A stretch of DNA of 64,000 bases from Bacilli bacterium (GCA_050953065.1 JBMNLZ010000002.1:384001-448000); one strand, 5' to 3'. Shown: positions 1 to 10,548, counted from the stretch's first letter. Made by a program: numbers and translations. The notes: generated by a model from the sequence alone, not told the origin.

Positions 1-1
1 T

Positions 2-493
2 CATTTTCTATTTGATATAGAATATGATAAAATAAAAACTATTCTACATAAAGAAAGTATTATTCATTCAATGGTTGAATTTGTTGATGGAAGTATTATG
101 GCTCAACTTGGCATTCCTGATATGAGAATTCCAATTCAATATGCTTTGTTTTATCCAGAAAGAAAGAATTTTTTTAATGTAGAAAGATTAAACTTTTCAA
201 AACTTAAAAATTTAAGTTTTGAAGAATTAGATTTAAAAAGGTTTCCTTGTTTAGAGTTAGCATATTGGTGCGGTAAAAATGAAGGTATTTTACCGGTTGT
301 ATATAATGCTAGTAATGAGGCTGCAGTTAAACTTTTTCTAGATGAAAAAATTAAATTTTTAGAAATAGAAAAAATAATTTTTGCTGCAGTAAAAGCAACT
401 AAAAATATTAAGAATCCAACTTTAGAAGAAATTCTAAAGATAGATAAATTAGTAAAGGATAACATTTATAAAATGTATGAGGTGAGGAAATGA
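2..493 (+). CDS. dxr: 1-deoxy-D-xylulose-5-phosphate reductoisomerase, C-terminal part (begins before the window)
   Basis: Frame open from base 2 (HFLFDIEYDKIKTILHKESIIHSMVEFVDGSIMAQLGIPDMRIPIQYAL...NASNEAAV), matching the Dxr C-terminus; dxr-rseP order is conserved. Confidence 0.93.
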   Translation, partial: HFLFDIEYDKIKTILHKESIIHSMVEFVDGSIMAQLGIPDMRIPIQYALFYPERKNFFNVERLNFSKLKNLSFEELDLKRFPCLELAYWCGKNEGILPVVYNASNEAAVKLFLDEKIKFLEIEKIIFAAVKATKNIKNPTLEEILKIDKLVKDNIYKMYEVRK

Positions 494-2229
494 TTTTACT
501 AACTTTTGGACAAATATTAGTAGGAATGTTAGTATTTGTTTTTGTATTAGGTTCAATCATAGCAATTCATGAAGGAGGACATTTTTATTTTGCAGTAAAA
601 GCAAAAGTCCTTTGTAGGGAATATGCTTTTGGAATGGGACCTATTTTATGGAAAAAGAAAAAAGGTGAAACATTATATACAATTAGAGCTTTTCCAATTG
701 GTGGATTTTGTGCCATTGCAGGGGAAGTTTTAGAAGATGATCCACTTAAAGATAATAAAAATGTAAGATTAGAAATAGTAGATAATGTTGTTAAAAATAT
801 TTATACAGATATTGATAATCCAAAATATAATGAAATACCTTTATATGAAGTTATAAGTTATGATATCTTTGATGAAAAAGAAACTGGAAATTTGTTTATT
901 GTTGTAAAAGAAGAAGAATCAGAAATCGAATATAAAGTAGATCCTCAAGCTTTTGTTCATGAAAGAAAAATTGAATATCAAATAGCTCCATATAATAGAA
1001 CACTAAATTCAAAAACAAAAAAAGAACGTGCTATGGTAATGTTTGGTGGGTCGCTTATGAATATTTTATTAGCCATTTTTGTTTTCTTTTTAGCAGGGCT
1101 TATTCAAGGCTTTCCAAATCAAAACTCTAGAATTATTACAGATGTTGATGAATATTCACCAATTTATTATGCAACAAACGTTGATGATTTAAGTGAAGCA
1201 GGTTTAAGGAATGGTGATGAAATCATTCATTTAAGAACTAATAATTTAAGTATTCAAAAAGAAGTTAGAACTTGGACTGATTTAAGAGAGTTTATGGATA
1301 GTTTTTCAGAAGACTTAACTAGTACAAGTATTATTATTACTTATATTAGAGATGGTGTTGAATATGATGCAATGATGCATCCTCAATATGTTCTTTATAA
1401 TGCTGGTATTAGTAGTAATTATTTATCTACTACTCCAGGAGAGGTTGCTAGAGTTTCAAAATTTTCTGGTAAATCTGGTGATAATTCTCAAATTAAAGAA
1501 GGAGATATTATCAGAGGAATTGATGGAGTGTATATTAGTAGTTGGAAAGAGATTTATGATGCTTTTTATAATAATCTAGAAGGTGATACAATGACTGTAA
1601 TTATTGATAAAGCTAATTATAGGACAGATTCAGATGGGAATCCATTAGATGAAGATTATATTAAAACAAGTATCTCAAAAAAACCTGTTTATATTGAATC
1701 ATATACTAATGATGTTTCTATTGAAATAACACCATATCCGAATGCTTTATTAGAGGCTCAACCTTCAATTACTGGGGATGAGTTTTCAAGAGGAATTGTT
1801 TTATTAGGGGTTTCTCCTGAATATAGTTTTAGTTTAGGTCAAAGTGGCTTATATGCTTTAAAACAAACTAAAAATGGTTGTTTAATGATTGCTAGAACTT
1901 TGAAGTTATTATTTGCTAGTGAAAAAGTTGGTGTTAGAGATTTAAGTGGACCAGTTGGTATCTTTAGTTTATTAACTATAATCTCTACTCAAGGTCTTGC
2001 AATGATTCTTTTTTGGCTTGGAATTTTAAGTATTAATATTGGCCTTTTGAACCTTTTACCAGTTCCTGCATTAGATGGTGGAAGACTTTTGTTTTTAGGG
2101 TATGAGGCTATTACTAATAAAAAACCTAATCAACAGGTAGAAACTATTTTAATAACTATCACGATGGTTCTTTTAATGGGCTTGATGGTTTATGTTACAT
2201 TCAATGATATAGTTGGATTATTTAAATAA
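490..2229 (+). CDS. rseP: Site-2 intramembrane zinc metalloprotease (M50) with PDZ regions
   Basis: HEGGH zinc motif, FGMGP, FPIGGF, SGPVGI and NLLPVPALDGG motifs. Confidence 0.93.
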   Translation: MILLTFGQILVGMLVFVFVLGSIIAIHEGGHFYFAVKAKVLCREYAFGMGPILWKKKKGETLYTIRAFPIGGFCAIAGEVLEDDPLKDNKNVRLEIVDNVVKNIYTDIDNPKYNEIPLYEVISYDIFDEKETGNLFIVVKEEESEIEYKVDPQAFVHERKIEYQIAPYNRTLNSKTKKERAMVMFGGSLMNILLAIFVFFLAGLIQGFPNQNSRIITDVDEYSPIYYATNVDDLSEAGLRNGDEIIHLRTNNLSIQKEVRTWTDLREFMDSFSEDLTSTSIIITYIRDGVEYDAMMHPQYVLYNAGISSNYLSTTPGEVARVSKFSGKSGDNSQIKEGDIIRGIDGVYISSWKEIYDAFYNNLEGDTMTVIIDKANYRTDSDGNPLDEDYIKTSISKKPVYIESYTNDVSIEITPYPNALLEAQPSITGDEFSRGIVLLGVSPEYSFSLGQSGLYALKQTKNGCLMIARTLKLLFASEKVGVRDLSGPVGIFSLLTIISTQGLAMILFWLGILSINIGLLNLLPVPALDGGRLLFLGYEAITNKKPNQQVETILITITMVLLMGLMVYVTFNDIVGLFK

Positions 2230-2240
2230 AGGTGAAGTGT

Positions 2241-3380
2241 ATGAAAGGTTTTAAAAACGTTAATTTATATTTAGGCGATAAAAGGATAGTTAAAACATCT
2301 TTATTAATAGAAAATGGAAAGATTAAAAAAATTGGTGATTTAATAGAAAATGACTTAATCTCATTAGATGATGATTTAGTAGTTGTTCCTGGTTTTATTG
2401 ATAAACATGTTCATGGTGCTAATAATTCTGATGGAATGTATCCAACATTTGAAGATATTGAAAATATCGCAGTAACAATTCCTAAAGAAGGAGTTGCGAG
2501 TTTTCTTGCAACTACGATGACTCAAACAGAAGAAGAGATTGATAAAGCATTAGTAAATATTAATGATTATATTAAAAAACAATCTAAAGGTGCAGAAGTA
2601 ATAGGGATTCATTTAGAAGGGCCATTTATTTCTAAAAAGCATAAAGGTGCTCAAGTAGAATCTGCGATTGTTCCTTGTTCTGTTGAGCAGTTTAAACATT
2701 ATCAAAAAAAAGCAGGAGATAACATTAGACAAGTTACTTTAGCATATGAGGAAAATGGCGAAGAGTTAATTAAATATTTAGTTAAGAATAATATTGTAGC
2801 ATCACTTGGTCATACTGATGCAACAAGTGCACAAGTAAAAGAAGCGGTTAAAGCTGGAGCAACTTCAGTTACTCACTGCTTTAATGCGATGAAAGGACTT
2901 CATCATAGAGAAGCAGGAACAGTTGGTGGAAGTATGCTTTGTGATGAATTATATTGTGAGTTGATTGCTGATTTAATACATGTAAGTCCTGATGCAATTA
3001 GAATATTATTTAAGACTAAAGGAAAAGATAGAATCGTTTTAATTACGGATGCTATGGAAGCTAAACATTTACCAGATGGTGAATATAGTTTAGGTGGACA
3101 GAAAGTATTTGTTAAAGATGGGGCTGCAAGGCTTGCTGATGGGACTTTAGCTGGATCAACTTTAACGATGGATGTAGCAATGCGTAATATAAAAGAAGTT
3201 ATGGGAATGAATTATTTAGAGGTAGTTGATTTAGCTACTGTTAATCCTGCTAAGAATTTAAAAATAGATCATAAAAAAGGTTATATCAAAGAAGGATATG
3301 ATGCTGATTTTACTGTAATTAATAGTAATTTTGAAATATTTAAAACGATTAGTAAAGGTAAAATAATTTATGAAAAATAA
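2241..3380 (+). CDS. nagA: N-acetylglucosamine-6-phosphate deacetylase
   Basis: PGFIDKHVHG, HLEGPF, GHTDA, THCFNAM, TDAM and GTLAGS motifs; ATG at 2241 follows an AAGGTG RBS. Confidence 0.95.
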   Translation: MKGFKNVNLYLGDKRIVKTSLLIENGKIKKIGDLIENDLISLDDDLVVVPGFIDKHVHGANNSDGMYPTFEDIENIAVTIPKEGVASFLATTMTQTEEEIDKALVNINDYIKKQSKGAEVIGIHLEGPFISKKHKGAQVESAIVPCSVEQFKHYQKKAGDNIRQVTLAYEENGEELIKYLVKNNIVASLGHTDATSAQVKEAVKAGATSVTHCFNAMKGLHHREAGTVGGSMLCDELYCELIADLIHVSPDAIRILFKTKGKDRIVLITDAMEAKHLPDGEYSLGGQKVFVKDGAARLADGTLAGSTLTMDVAMRNIKEVMGMNYLEVVDLATVNPAKNLKIDHKKGYIKEGYDADFTVINSNFEIFKTISKGKIIYEK

Positions 3381-3422
3381 TTCATTTTAAAAAAACAAAC
3401 CCTTTAGATAGTTTAGGGTAAA

Positions 3423-3459
3423 AAAAATACTCTATGCCAAATTGGTATGGAGTATTTTT
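3423..3459 (+). terminator. Intrinsic terminator after nagA
   Basis: Hairpin aaaaatactctatgcca-aat-tggtatggagtattttt ending in a T-run. Confidence 0.7.
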
Positions 3460-3692
3460 AATTGAGTATATAAAGAAACTAGTGATTGTTACTAACGTCT
3501 TTAAAGACTCATCTTCACACATATAAAAAGAGCTCTTTATTATATAATTCTAGTGCTATTTTAAAATTTAAAAAGGAATTCTTTTGAAATACAATATTAT
3601 AAATTAAGGAAAATCTTTTCTTTATTTTAGGAAAAGTTGTCAAAAGTATAGTAAGACTATTTTTTTATGAAAATAAATATCTATGAAAAACA

Positions 3693-4322
3693 TTGGGATC
3701 ACCCCAAAGAGATGAATATTTAGATTATCCTAAAAGAGCATTAAGAGAAGTGATAGTTAATTGCTATTGCCATGGAGATTGGACTTTGAGTGGAGATATT
3801 AAAATAGAGTTTTATGATGATAGAGTTCAAATATTTTCTCCTGGGAGTCTACCTGATGGACTAATTTTAGAAAATATAAAAGAAGGTATGTCTGCTAAAA
3901 GAAATCCAATTATTGTAAACGCATTAGATAAAGCTGATTATATTGAAAACTATTCTACAGGATTAAGAAGAATCTTTGAAGATTACATCGATTTTCATAA
4001 AAAACCACACTTTAGTATTTCAGATAATGGTGATATAGTTATACTTTATAATAGGAATTATGATGACAATCAAGAAACGCATATCGTACATGATGTGCAA
4101 AGTGATGTGCAAAATAAAATAAAAATTTTAAAAACTGTTGAAAAAAGAAAAATGATAATAAAAATGATTGTTAATAATGTTGAAATTACTATAGATGATA
4201 TGTGCAAAGCATTAGGAGTTTCAAGATCAACAATAGAAAGAGACTTATCTTATTTGAGAAGACAAGGAGAAGTTAAATATGTTGGTAGTGCTAAAACTGG
4301 CAAGTGGCTTGTTTTAAAGTAA
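3693..4322 (+). pseudogene. 5'-truncated RecG-like ATP-binding (HATPase_c_4) plus winged-HTH protein, lacking the usual N-terminal AlbA_2/Schlafen region
   Basis: DYPKRALREVIVNCYCH, SPGSLP and RNPII motifs plus C-terminal HTH (GVSRSTIERDL...VGSAKTGKW); TTG start with no RBS and an in-frame TGA at 3684. Confidence 0.7.
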
Positions 4323-4440
4323 TTTAATGAAAAATCGAACTACTTAATAGGGAATGAACTTAAAAAATAAAACAGCCTTTTCAAAAGGCGCATACTTTGG
4401 AGCTTTTCTTTTTTTAATTAACTGGTGATTTGAATTAGAA

Positions 4441-4485
4441 TTCTACTCGAAAAACTCTTGATTTTTTTTAGTTTTTCGAGTAGAA
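4441..4485. repeat. Perfect 16-bp inverted repeat with a 13-nt spacer
   Basis: ttctactcgaaaaact (4441-4456) and agtttttcgagtagaa (4470-4485). Confidence 0.9.
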
Positions 4486-4653
4486 CTTATTTAAAGGGAA
4501 AATGTAATGATAAAAAATTTTTGATTTAAATAAACTTATATCTTATAAGATAAAGATTTGATTAAGGTAATCAACACTATTTATAAAAATAGTGTTTTTT
4601 TAATAACGTTTTTTATGATATAATGAATGTATATGATTTATAAGGAGCTACAA

Positions 4654-6591
4654 ATGAAAAGATTATTTGGATTTGTTTTATTTGGATTATTTATGTTTTT
4701 TAGTTTTGTTAATGTCAAAGCTGCTGTTGTTTGGACAGTACCTCAAACATATGAAGAAAAGATTTTTGAGATGCGTGGAGCTTGGGTTTCAACTGTTTAT
4801 AATATTGATATAGGTAGGCAGATTGGAACAAGCGAGGCTAGTATTCAAAATTATAAAAATGAATACTTGAGTATTTTAGATAAATTTGAAGAATATAATA
4901 TGAATACAGTCTTTTTTCAAGTGAGACCTTGTAATGATACTTTTTATCAATCAGAGATAAATTCTTGGAGTACATATTTAGCTGGTCAAGATGGACTTGA
5001 CCCAGGTTGGGATCCACTTGCTTGGTTAGTTGAGGTAACTCATGCAAGGGGAATGGAATTTCATGCATGGTTAAATCCTTATAGAGCAGCGATGAGTATT
5101 TTAAAAGATGTTACTCCTGATAATTATGAAACTACAATTAATGCTTATTTAAATAGTTTAGGTGAAAAGAATTTTGCTAAACAAAATCCTGATTTATTAG
5201 TAATTGGTGGAGATAGATTATTACTTAATCCCGGTGAACCTGCAGTTAGGAATCATTTAGTTGCAACAATTGAAGAGATTATTTCTAATTATGATGTTGA
5301 TGCAATTCATTTTGATGATTATTTTTATACTAGTGTTAATACATCAGAAGATAAAGCCACATATGAAAAATATAAAGAAGGTTCAATTAGTCAAGCAGAT
5401 TGGAGAAGGCTTCAAGTTGATTTGTTAGTTGAAGAGATTCATAATTTAATTGTTCTTCATAATACAACTAATAACAAGACAGTTGAATTTGGAATTAGTC
5501 CAATGTCTAGTATTTCAGCTACCTATGATAGTCAATATGCTGATGTTGTAAACTGGATTACAGAAGGTTGGATTGACTATGTTGTACCTCAAATGTATCA
5601 AGCGTTAAACGGAAGTTATCATAAACCAAGAACTGCTAATTGGCTAGATGCTGTAAGTGGAACTGATGTTAAAATATATATGGGACTTGGGTCTTATAAT
5701 TTTTCTGTAAACGATGGTAATTGGACAAATACTAATGAGTTGATTGATTCTTTAAGATATCAAGCCCAATTTCCTGAGGTTAAAGGTATTTTCTTTTTCT
5801 CAATGAAAAACTTTGTTTTACCAGAAAACGTATATATGCAAGAAGCAGTGGAAAAGATAAAAAGTTATTGGACTCATAAAACATTAGGTTTTGATTTTGA
5901 AGAAGTTTCAAGTTATAATTTAACAGTTCCTAATATTTTTGTGACTAGAGAAAATAGACAAGTTAAAATTACATTTAATAAAGTAGATGATGCTTTAGGT
6001 TATGCACTTTATGCTTTTGATGAAGGAGAAGAAAAAGATTATTCTAATAGTAATATTGTTGAAATAGTAAGAAACGATAAACCAGCATATGAGATTAACT
6101 TACAAATGTTAGCATATAGAGACTATACTTTTGGAATAAAAATAATTTATAAGGACGGACAGTTAAGTGAAGATTACAAAGAAGTCTTTGCTGAAAAGAA
6201 TTCCTTCAATGCAGCGCCAGAAATTAGTAATGTGCGTTTTAATGTAGGCCGTAAGTATTTTACTTTTGCTGAAACTGTTAATATTTTAGGAAAAGTAATT
6301 GATGCAAATGAAGATAATGTAAATGTAAGTATTTTAGTTTCTACTAATGGAACTACTTATTCTTATAATTTTAAGGCTACAGTAACAGGAGAACAATTTA
6401 GTTATGCTTGGCGTGTACCATCTTTAAGGACTTCAAGTGCGAAGATAAAAATTGTTGCTAGTGATGGTCTTTTAGAAAGTGAATATATAATTGATAATAT
6501 TGTGATTAGAGATTATGTATCAGATGCAGTAATTATCTTAGATAAAATCTATGTAAATTATGATCAGATTTTAAAAGAAATGCTAAGGTAA
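4654..6591 (+). CDS. Secreted glycosyl hydrolase-like 10 (GHL10, YddW/DigH family) with C-terminal FN3/Ig-like domains
   Basis: Signal peptide ending VKA; EMRGAWVSTV, FQVRP, EFHAWLNPYR, HFDDYFY and DYVVPQMY motifs; AAGGAG RBS before ATG 4654; TGATATAAT upstream. Confidence 0.85.
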   Translation: MKRLFGFVLFGLFMFFSFVNVKAAVVWTVPQTYEEKIFEMRGAWVSTVYNIDIGRQIGTSEASIQNYKNEYLSILDKFEEYNMNTVFFQVRPCNDTFYQSEINSWSTYLAGQDGLDPGWDPLAWLVEVTHARGMEFHAWLNPYRAAMSILKDVTPDNYETTINAYLNSLGEKNFAKQNPDLLVIGGDRLLLNPGEPAVRNHLVATIEEIISNYDVDAIHFDDYFYTSVNTSEDKATYEKYKEGSISQADWRRLQVDLLVEEIHNLIVLHNTTNNKTVEFGISPMSSISATYDSQYADVVNWITEGWIDYVVPQMYQALNGSYHKPRTANWLDAVSGTDVKIYMGLGSYNFSVNDGNWTNTNELIDSLRYQAQFPEVKGIFFFSMKNFVLPENVYMQEAVEKIKSYWTHKTLGFDFEEVSSYNLTVPNIFVTRENRQVKITFNKVDDALGYALYAFDEGEEKDYSNSNIVEIVRNDKPAYEINLQMLAYRDYTFGIKIIYKDGQLSEDYKEVFAEKNSFNAAPEISNVRFNVGRKYFTFAETVNILGKVIDANEDNVNVSILVSTNGTTYSYNFKATVTGEQFSYAWRVPSLRTSSAKIKIVASDGLLESEYIIDNIVIRDYVSDAVIILDKIYVNYDQILKEMLR

Positions 6592-6597
6592 GAAAGC

Positions 6598-7263
6598 ATG
6601 CTTTTAAAGATAGTATTTATAATTGTTTCAATTGCAATTGCTTCTATTTTTGTTTTAGTAATTAATCGTGCAATAAAAGATAAAAATATAAAACAAAAAT
6701 TTATCATTAATCTAATTATTACATTAAGTTTATTGCTTCTATTTTTGTTTTCATTTTTGATTGATTTAAATTTAGGAGTGATTAAACTTAATAGTTATTT
6801 ATATTTTGCTTTACCTTTCTTTGGAGTTTTTTTAATAACAAATTTTGTTTTTTTAGGGTTATATATTAATAAATATAAAGGAATTATCAAGAAAAGAAGA
6901 GAGGATTTAAAAGAAAGATTATATTTAGTGATAAAGAAAGATAAAGATTTTTATTTAGAAGAAACTAAAGAAGGTTTAAAAGGAATTGAGTTTAAGGTTT
7001 CAAAAAGTATAATTTTTCATGATGAAATGCTTAACAAAATAATTAAGAGATTAAACCTAAAAGTTTTAGAAAACGAATATTTAGGTAGTTTTACAGAAAA
7101 TGAAAAAATAAGATTTCATTGTTATTATCTTGAGATTGAAAATGATTTGGAAAATTATAAAAAGATTTATGAAATGGATTTAGTAAATCAAAAATACTTT
7201 AAATTTCATGAAGAGATAATTTATAAAATTATTTTACATCAAGAAATTTCTGAAAGATATTAA
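6598..7263 (+). CDS. Hypothetical membrane protein (about 3 TM segments plus a soluble C-terminal domain)
   Basis: 221-aa ORF with hydrophobic N-terminal segments, directly after the GHL10 gene. Confidence 0.7.
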   Translation: MLLKIVFIIVSIAIASIFVLVINRAIKDKNIKQKFIINLIITLSLLLLFLFSFLIDLNLGVIKLNSYLYFALPFFGVFLITNFVFLGLYINKYKGIIKKRREDLKERLYLVIKKDKDFYLEETKEGLKGIEFKVSKSIIFHDEMLNKIIKRLNLKVLENEYLGSFTENEKIRFHCYYLEIENDLENYKKIYEMDLVNQKYFKFHEEIIYKIILHQEISERY

Positions 7264-7293
7264 AAAAACTTGTTTATTTAAAACAAGTTTTTT
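7263..7293. terminator. Bidirectional terminator between convergent genes
   Basis: aaaaaacttgttt...aaacaagttttttt. Confidence 0.75.
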
Positions 7294-8539
7294 ATCTTTT
7301 ATAGTCTTTAATTTTATATAAATATTTTTTAGAGATATTACAATTAATGTAGATAAAGTCGCTTTTATAATCAAGCGAATAGATTTCAGCGTTCTTTTTT
7401 AGAAAATTAACTAAAGACATTTCATTATAAGGTAGTTTTAAACTAACATCTAAATGATCATCGTAAATTGTAGCAATTATTAGTTCAATTAGTTTATCTA
7501 TATTTAAATCGTTTTTAGCACTGATGCTAAGGGCTGGATGATATTTTTTTGGAATAAAAAAGTTCGGATCAGCTAAATCAATTTTATTAAAAGCATAGAT
7601 CATTTTAATATCTTTAACACCGATTTCTGAGATTACTTTATTAGTAATTTCAATATGTTCATTCATATCAATGGAAGCATCAACTACATGAAGGATTAAA
7701 GTTGAATCTTGAATTTCTTGTAGGGTTGATTTAAATGATTCAATTAGAGTATGAGGTAGTTTACTAATAAAGCCGATTGTATCAGTAAGTAAGAAGTCTT
7801 TATTGTTTGGAAGTTGGACTAGTCTAGTAGAGGTTTCTAAGGTAGCAAACAACATATTTTTACTTAAGACTTCTTTTTTTAAGGCTTGAGAATATTTTAA
7901 TATGGCATTTAATGTAGTAGATTTTCCGCTATTAGTATAACCTATTAAAGAAACAATTGGAATTTCGCTTTTGATTCTTTTGCTTCTTTGTTGTTTTCTT
8001 AAAAGTGCAAGTTTTTTTAATTCTTTTTTTAAGAAAACTATTTTATTAGAAAGAGTTCTCCTATCTTGTTCTAGGGCAGTTTCTCCGCCTCCCCTACTAT
8101 AAATCTTCCCTGCACCAGCTGTTTGACGAGACAAGTATTTTCTCATACCAACAAGTCTAGGTAACATATATTCAAGGCTGGCGATTTCTACTTGTAGAGA
8201 GGCTTCTTTGGTTTTGGCTCTTGTTTTAAAAATCTCTAAAATTAGATATGTTCTATCATAAATTTTAACTTCTAAAATTTTTTCGATGTTTCTAATTTGA
8301 GAAGCAGTTAATTCATCATTAAAAACAGCAACTGTTAAATCAAGCGAATTAATTGCGATTTTGATTTCTTCTAGTTTACCTTTACCAATATAAGTTTTAG
8401 TATTAATTTTTGAAAGTTTTTGGACTTCTTGATCTAGTACTTCAATATTACAACTTTTACATAATTCTTTTAGCTCGCTCATTTCTTGAGCAATTAAAGT
8501 ATCACCTAAATCAATGCCAATAATGATTGCTTTTTCCAT
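7292..8539 (-). CDS. hflX: GTPase HflX
   Basis: YIGKGKLEEI, GYTNSGKST, LFATL, DTIGF and NKID motifs. Confidence 0.95.
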   Translation of the reverse strand: MEKAIIIGIDLGDTLIAQEMSELKELCKSCNIEVLDQEVQKLSKINTKTYIGKGKLEEIKIAINSLDLTVAVFNDELTASQIRNIEKILEVKIYDRTYLILEIFKTRAKTKEASLQVEIASLEYMLPRLVGMRKYLSRQTAGAGKIYSRGGGETALEQDRRTLSNKIVFLKKELKKLALLRKQQRSKRIKSEIPIVSLIGYTNSGKSTTLNAILKYSQALKKEVLSKNMLFATLETSTRLVQLPNNKDFLLTDTIGFISKLPHTLIESFKSTLQEIQDSTLILHVVDASIDMNEHIEITNKVISEIGVKDIKMIYAFNKIDLADPNFFIPKKYHPALSISAKNDLNIDKLIELIIATIYDDHLDVSLKLPYNEMSLVNFLKKNAEIYSLDYKSDFIYINCNISKKYLYKIKDYKR

Positions 8540-8676
8540 TTAGTCTTCCTTTTAAAATCCATTATTAATTTATTTTATCATAAATAAATTAAAAATAAAA
8601 CTTTATTATAAGTTATACTTGTTTTATTTGATTATTTAGTATAAAATAATAATTGGAAGAAAAGGGGTTTTAAAAT

Positions 8677-9123
8677 ATGAAAAAATTAAAATTTGCTGTT
8701 AAATTATTTGCAATGCTTTCATTAGTAGTTATTATTGTAGCTTCAATCGTGGTAGGTTTATTACTTGATAAACAAGAATTTTTTGCAGTTACTGGTGATA
8801 CTAATTTAATAGTATTTCTTGTAAGCAAGGTTTTTGCTTTATTAGCAATTAGTGCATATTTATTTGTTTGCGTTTGGAAAGAACAAGAAATTGGTTTTGC
8901 ACAAGTAAGTTTTTTAGTAGCATTACAAGTTTTTCCAACTGCTGTAAGACTACTTTTAAAACTTGAATCATATGGATTAATACTGTCTGTTGGAATTATG
9001 TTTGTTTTGTTATTACTTCTTATAATAATAATTTTTAGTCCGTTGATTAAAGAGATAAAAGAAGATGAAGCTCGTATGAAAAATTTTGACGACGGTGGTC
9101 AATTTAAAGGCCCTGGAATTTAA
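8677..9123 (+). CDS. Hypothetical 4-TM membrane protein
   Basis: Hydrophobic 148-aa ORF with an AAGGGG RBS and a downstream hairpin (about 9150-9176). Confidence 0.75.
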   Translation: MKKLKFAVKLFAMLSLVVIIVASIVVGLLLDKQEFFAVTGDTNLIVFLVSKVFALLAISAYLFVCVWKEQEIGFAQVSFLVALQVFPTAVRLLLKLESYGLILSVGIMFVLLLLLIIIIFSPLIKEIKEDEARMKNFDDGGQFKGPGI

Positions 9124-9206
9124 ATAAATAAAAGATTAAGCAAAATATTAAGCGCTTATTTATAAAGCGCTTTTTTATAAAGTATTTATAAATAAAGGAG
9201 AGTAAA

Positions 9207-10106
9207 ATGAAAAAAATACAAATTATTACAGATGGGTCTTGTGATTTATCAAAAGCAGTTGTTAAAAAAAACAATTTAATTGTTGTACCGTTTCATGTTA
9301 CATTTGATGGCATAAACTATGAGAAAGAAGACAGCGAAGAATTTGTTTTAAACTTTATGGATAGAATGGTTGAAAATCCAAAAACATTCCCTAAGACAGC
9401 TTGTCCTTCTAGTCAGGAATTTTTTGACAATTTTGAAAAAGCCTACAAAGAAGAAAAACAAATTATATGTATTTGTATAAATGAAAAGTTTAGTGGTTCT
9501 TATAATTCTGCTTGTGTTGGTAAAAATATGTTATTAGAAAAATATCCAGATGCAATCATTACAGTTATTGATTCAACTGTTAATACAGGAGCACAAGGTT
9601 TAGTAGTTTTAGAAACTGCACGAATGGTAGAAGCAGGATTAGACTATAAAGATGTCATAGAAAGAGTTTATAAAATGCTGCCAACGGCTAGAATTATTTT
9701 TACTGTTGGTAATTTAGATTACTTAAGACATGGTGGTAGAATAGGTGCTTTAAAAGCTTTAATTGGAAACACTTTAAAAATGCAACCAATTATTGTTTTA
9801 GAAGATGGTGCGATTTCATCTCCTGGAGTTGCTTTGGGTCAAAAAAGAGCTATTCTAAAAGTAGTTGATAGAGTTAAGAATCATTTTTTAAGATTGGGTG
9901 AGGCCATTGGAGAGTTTAGATTTACAATTGGAATAACTTATAAAAAACTTGAAAAAGCATTCTTAGAAAGTAAGTTAGTTGAAACTTTAAAAGGAATTTA
10001 TGAAAAGTTTACAGTTGATAGTTTTCAAATTGGAGCAACTATTGCGACTCATACAGGCCCTTATGCAATAGGTGTTGGGTTTGTTAAAAAGTATGAATAT
10101 GTCTAA
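9207..10106 (+). CDS. DegV-family fatty acid-binding protein (FakB-like)
   Basis: ITDGSCDL, PKTACPS, SGSYNSA, GGRIG and HTGP motifs. Confidence 0.92.
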   Translation: MKKIQIITDGSCDLSKAVVKKNNLIVVPFHVTFDGINYEKEDSEEFVLNFMDRMVENPKTFPKTACPSSQEFFDNFEKAYKEEKQIICICINEKFSGSYNSACVGKNMLLEKYPDAIITVIDSTVNTGAQGLVVLETARMVEAGLDYKDVIERVYKMLPTARIIFTVGNLDYLRHGGRIGALKALIGNTLKMQPIIVLEDGAISSPGVALGQKRAILKVVDRVKNHFLRLGEAIGEFRFTIGITYKKLEKAFLESKLVETLKGIYEKFTVDSFQIGATIATHTGPYAIGVGFVKKYEYV

Positions 10107-10270
10107 AATTTAAAAATTTAAAACCTATATTTAATTTATAGATATAGGTTTTATTTTTATTCAAAAATAGCTAAAAATTAAAAATGTTAAAAAAACACAC
10201 TAAAAACAAAAAAAGTAGTAATATTTTTAAAAAAGCCTTCAAAATCCGAAAATAAATATTTTTTAGGGTA

Positions 10271-10299
10271 TTGACAAGCAATTATTTAAGTTTTAAAAT
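10271..10299 (+). promoter_or_regulatory. Near-consensus sigma-70/sigmaA promoter for the small peptide gene
   Basis: TTGACA (10271-10276), 17-bp spacer, TAAAAT (10294-10299). Confidence 0.75.
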
Positions 10300-10366
10300 T
10301 AAGGTGTAATAAGTTATTTTTAAAGATTTTGTTTTAAAATATTTTAAGAAAGGAGGATCTTTAAAA

Positions 10367-10417
10367 ATGGCAAAAGAAGTTAAAAAAGCTGCTCCAGCAC
10401 CAGCAAAAAAGAAATAG
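10367..10417 (+). CDS. 16-aa basic micropeptide MAKEVKKAAPAPAKKK (not in the ORF track)
   Basis: AAAGGAGG RBS at 10349-10356, double stop TAG TAA, own promoter and terminator. Confidence 0.7.
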   Translation: MAKEVKKAAPAPAKKK

Positions 10418-10432
10418 TAATGGCTTAAAAAT

Positions 10433-10461
10433 AAAAACCCCTTTAATAAAAAGGGGTTTTT
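10433..10461 (+). terminator. Intrinsic terminator after the micropeptide gene
   Basis: aaaaacccctt-taataaa-aaggggttttt. Confidence 0.8.
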
Positions 10462-10548
10462 GTACTAAAAAGAGTCTATAAAAAATTTAAATCTATACTT
10501 AAAAGAATATAAATAATGTGATATAATAATATTTGAGGTTTTATAAAG

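Noticed and set aside
6900-7263. Possible degenerate Nudix fold in the C-terminus of the membrane protein
   Set aside because: No Nudix box present; the resemblance is too weak to call without a profile search
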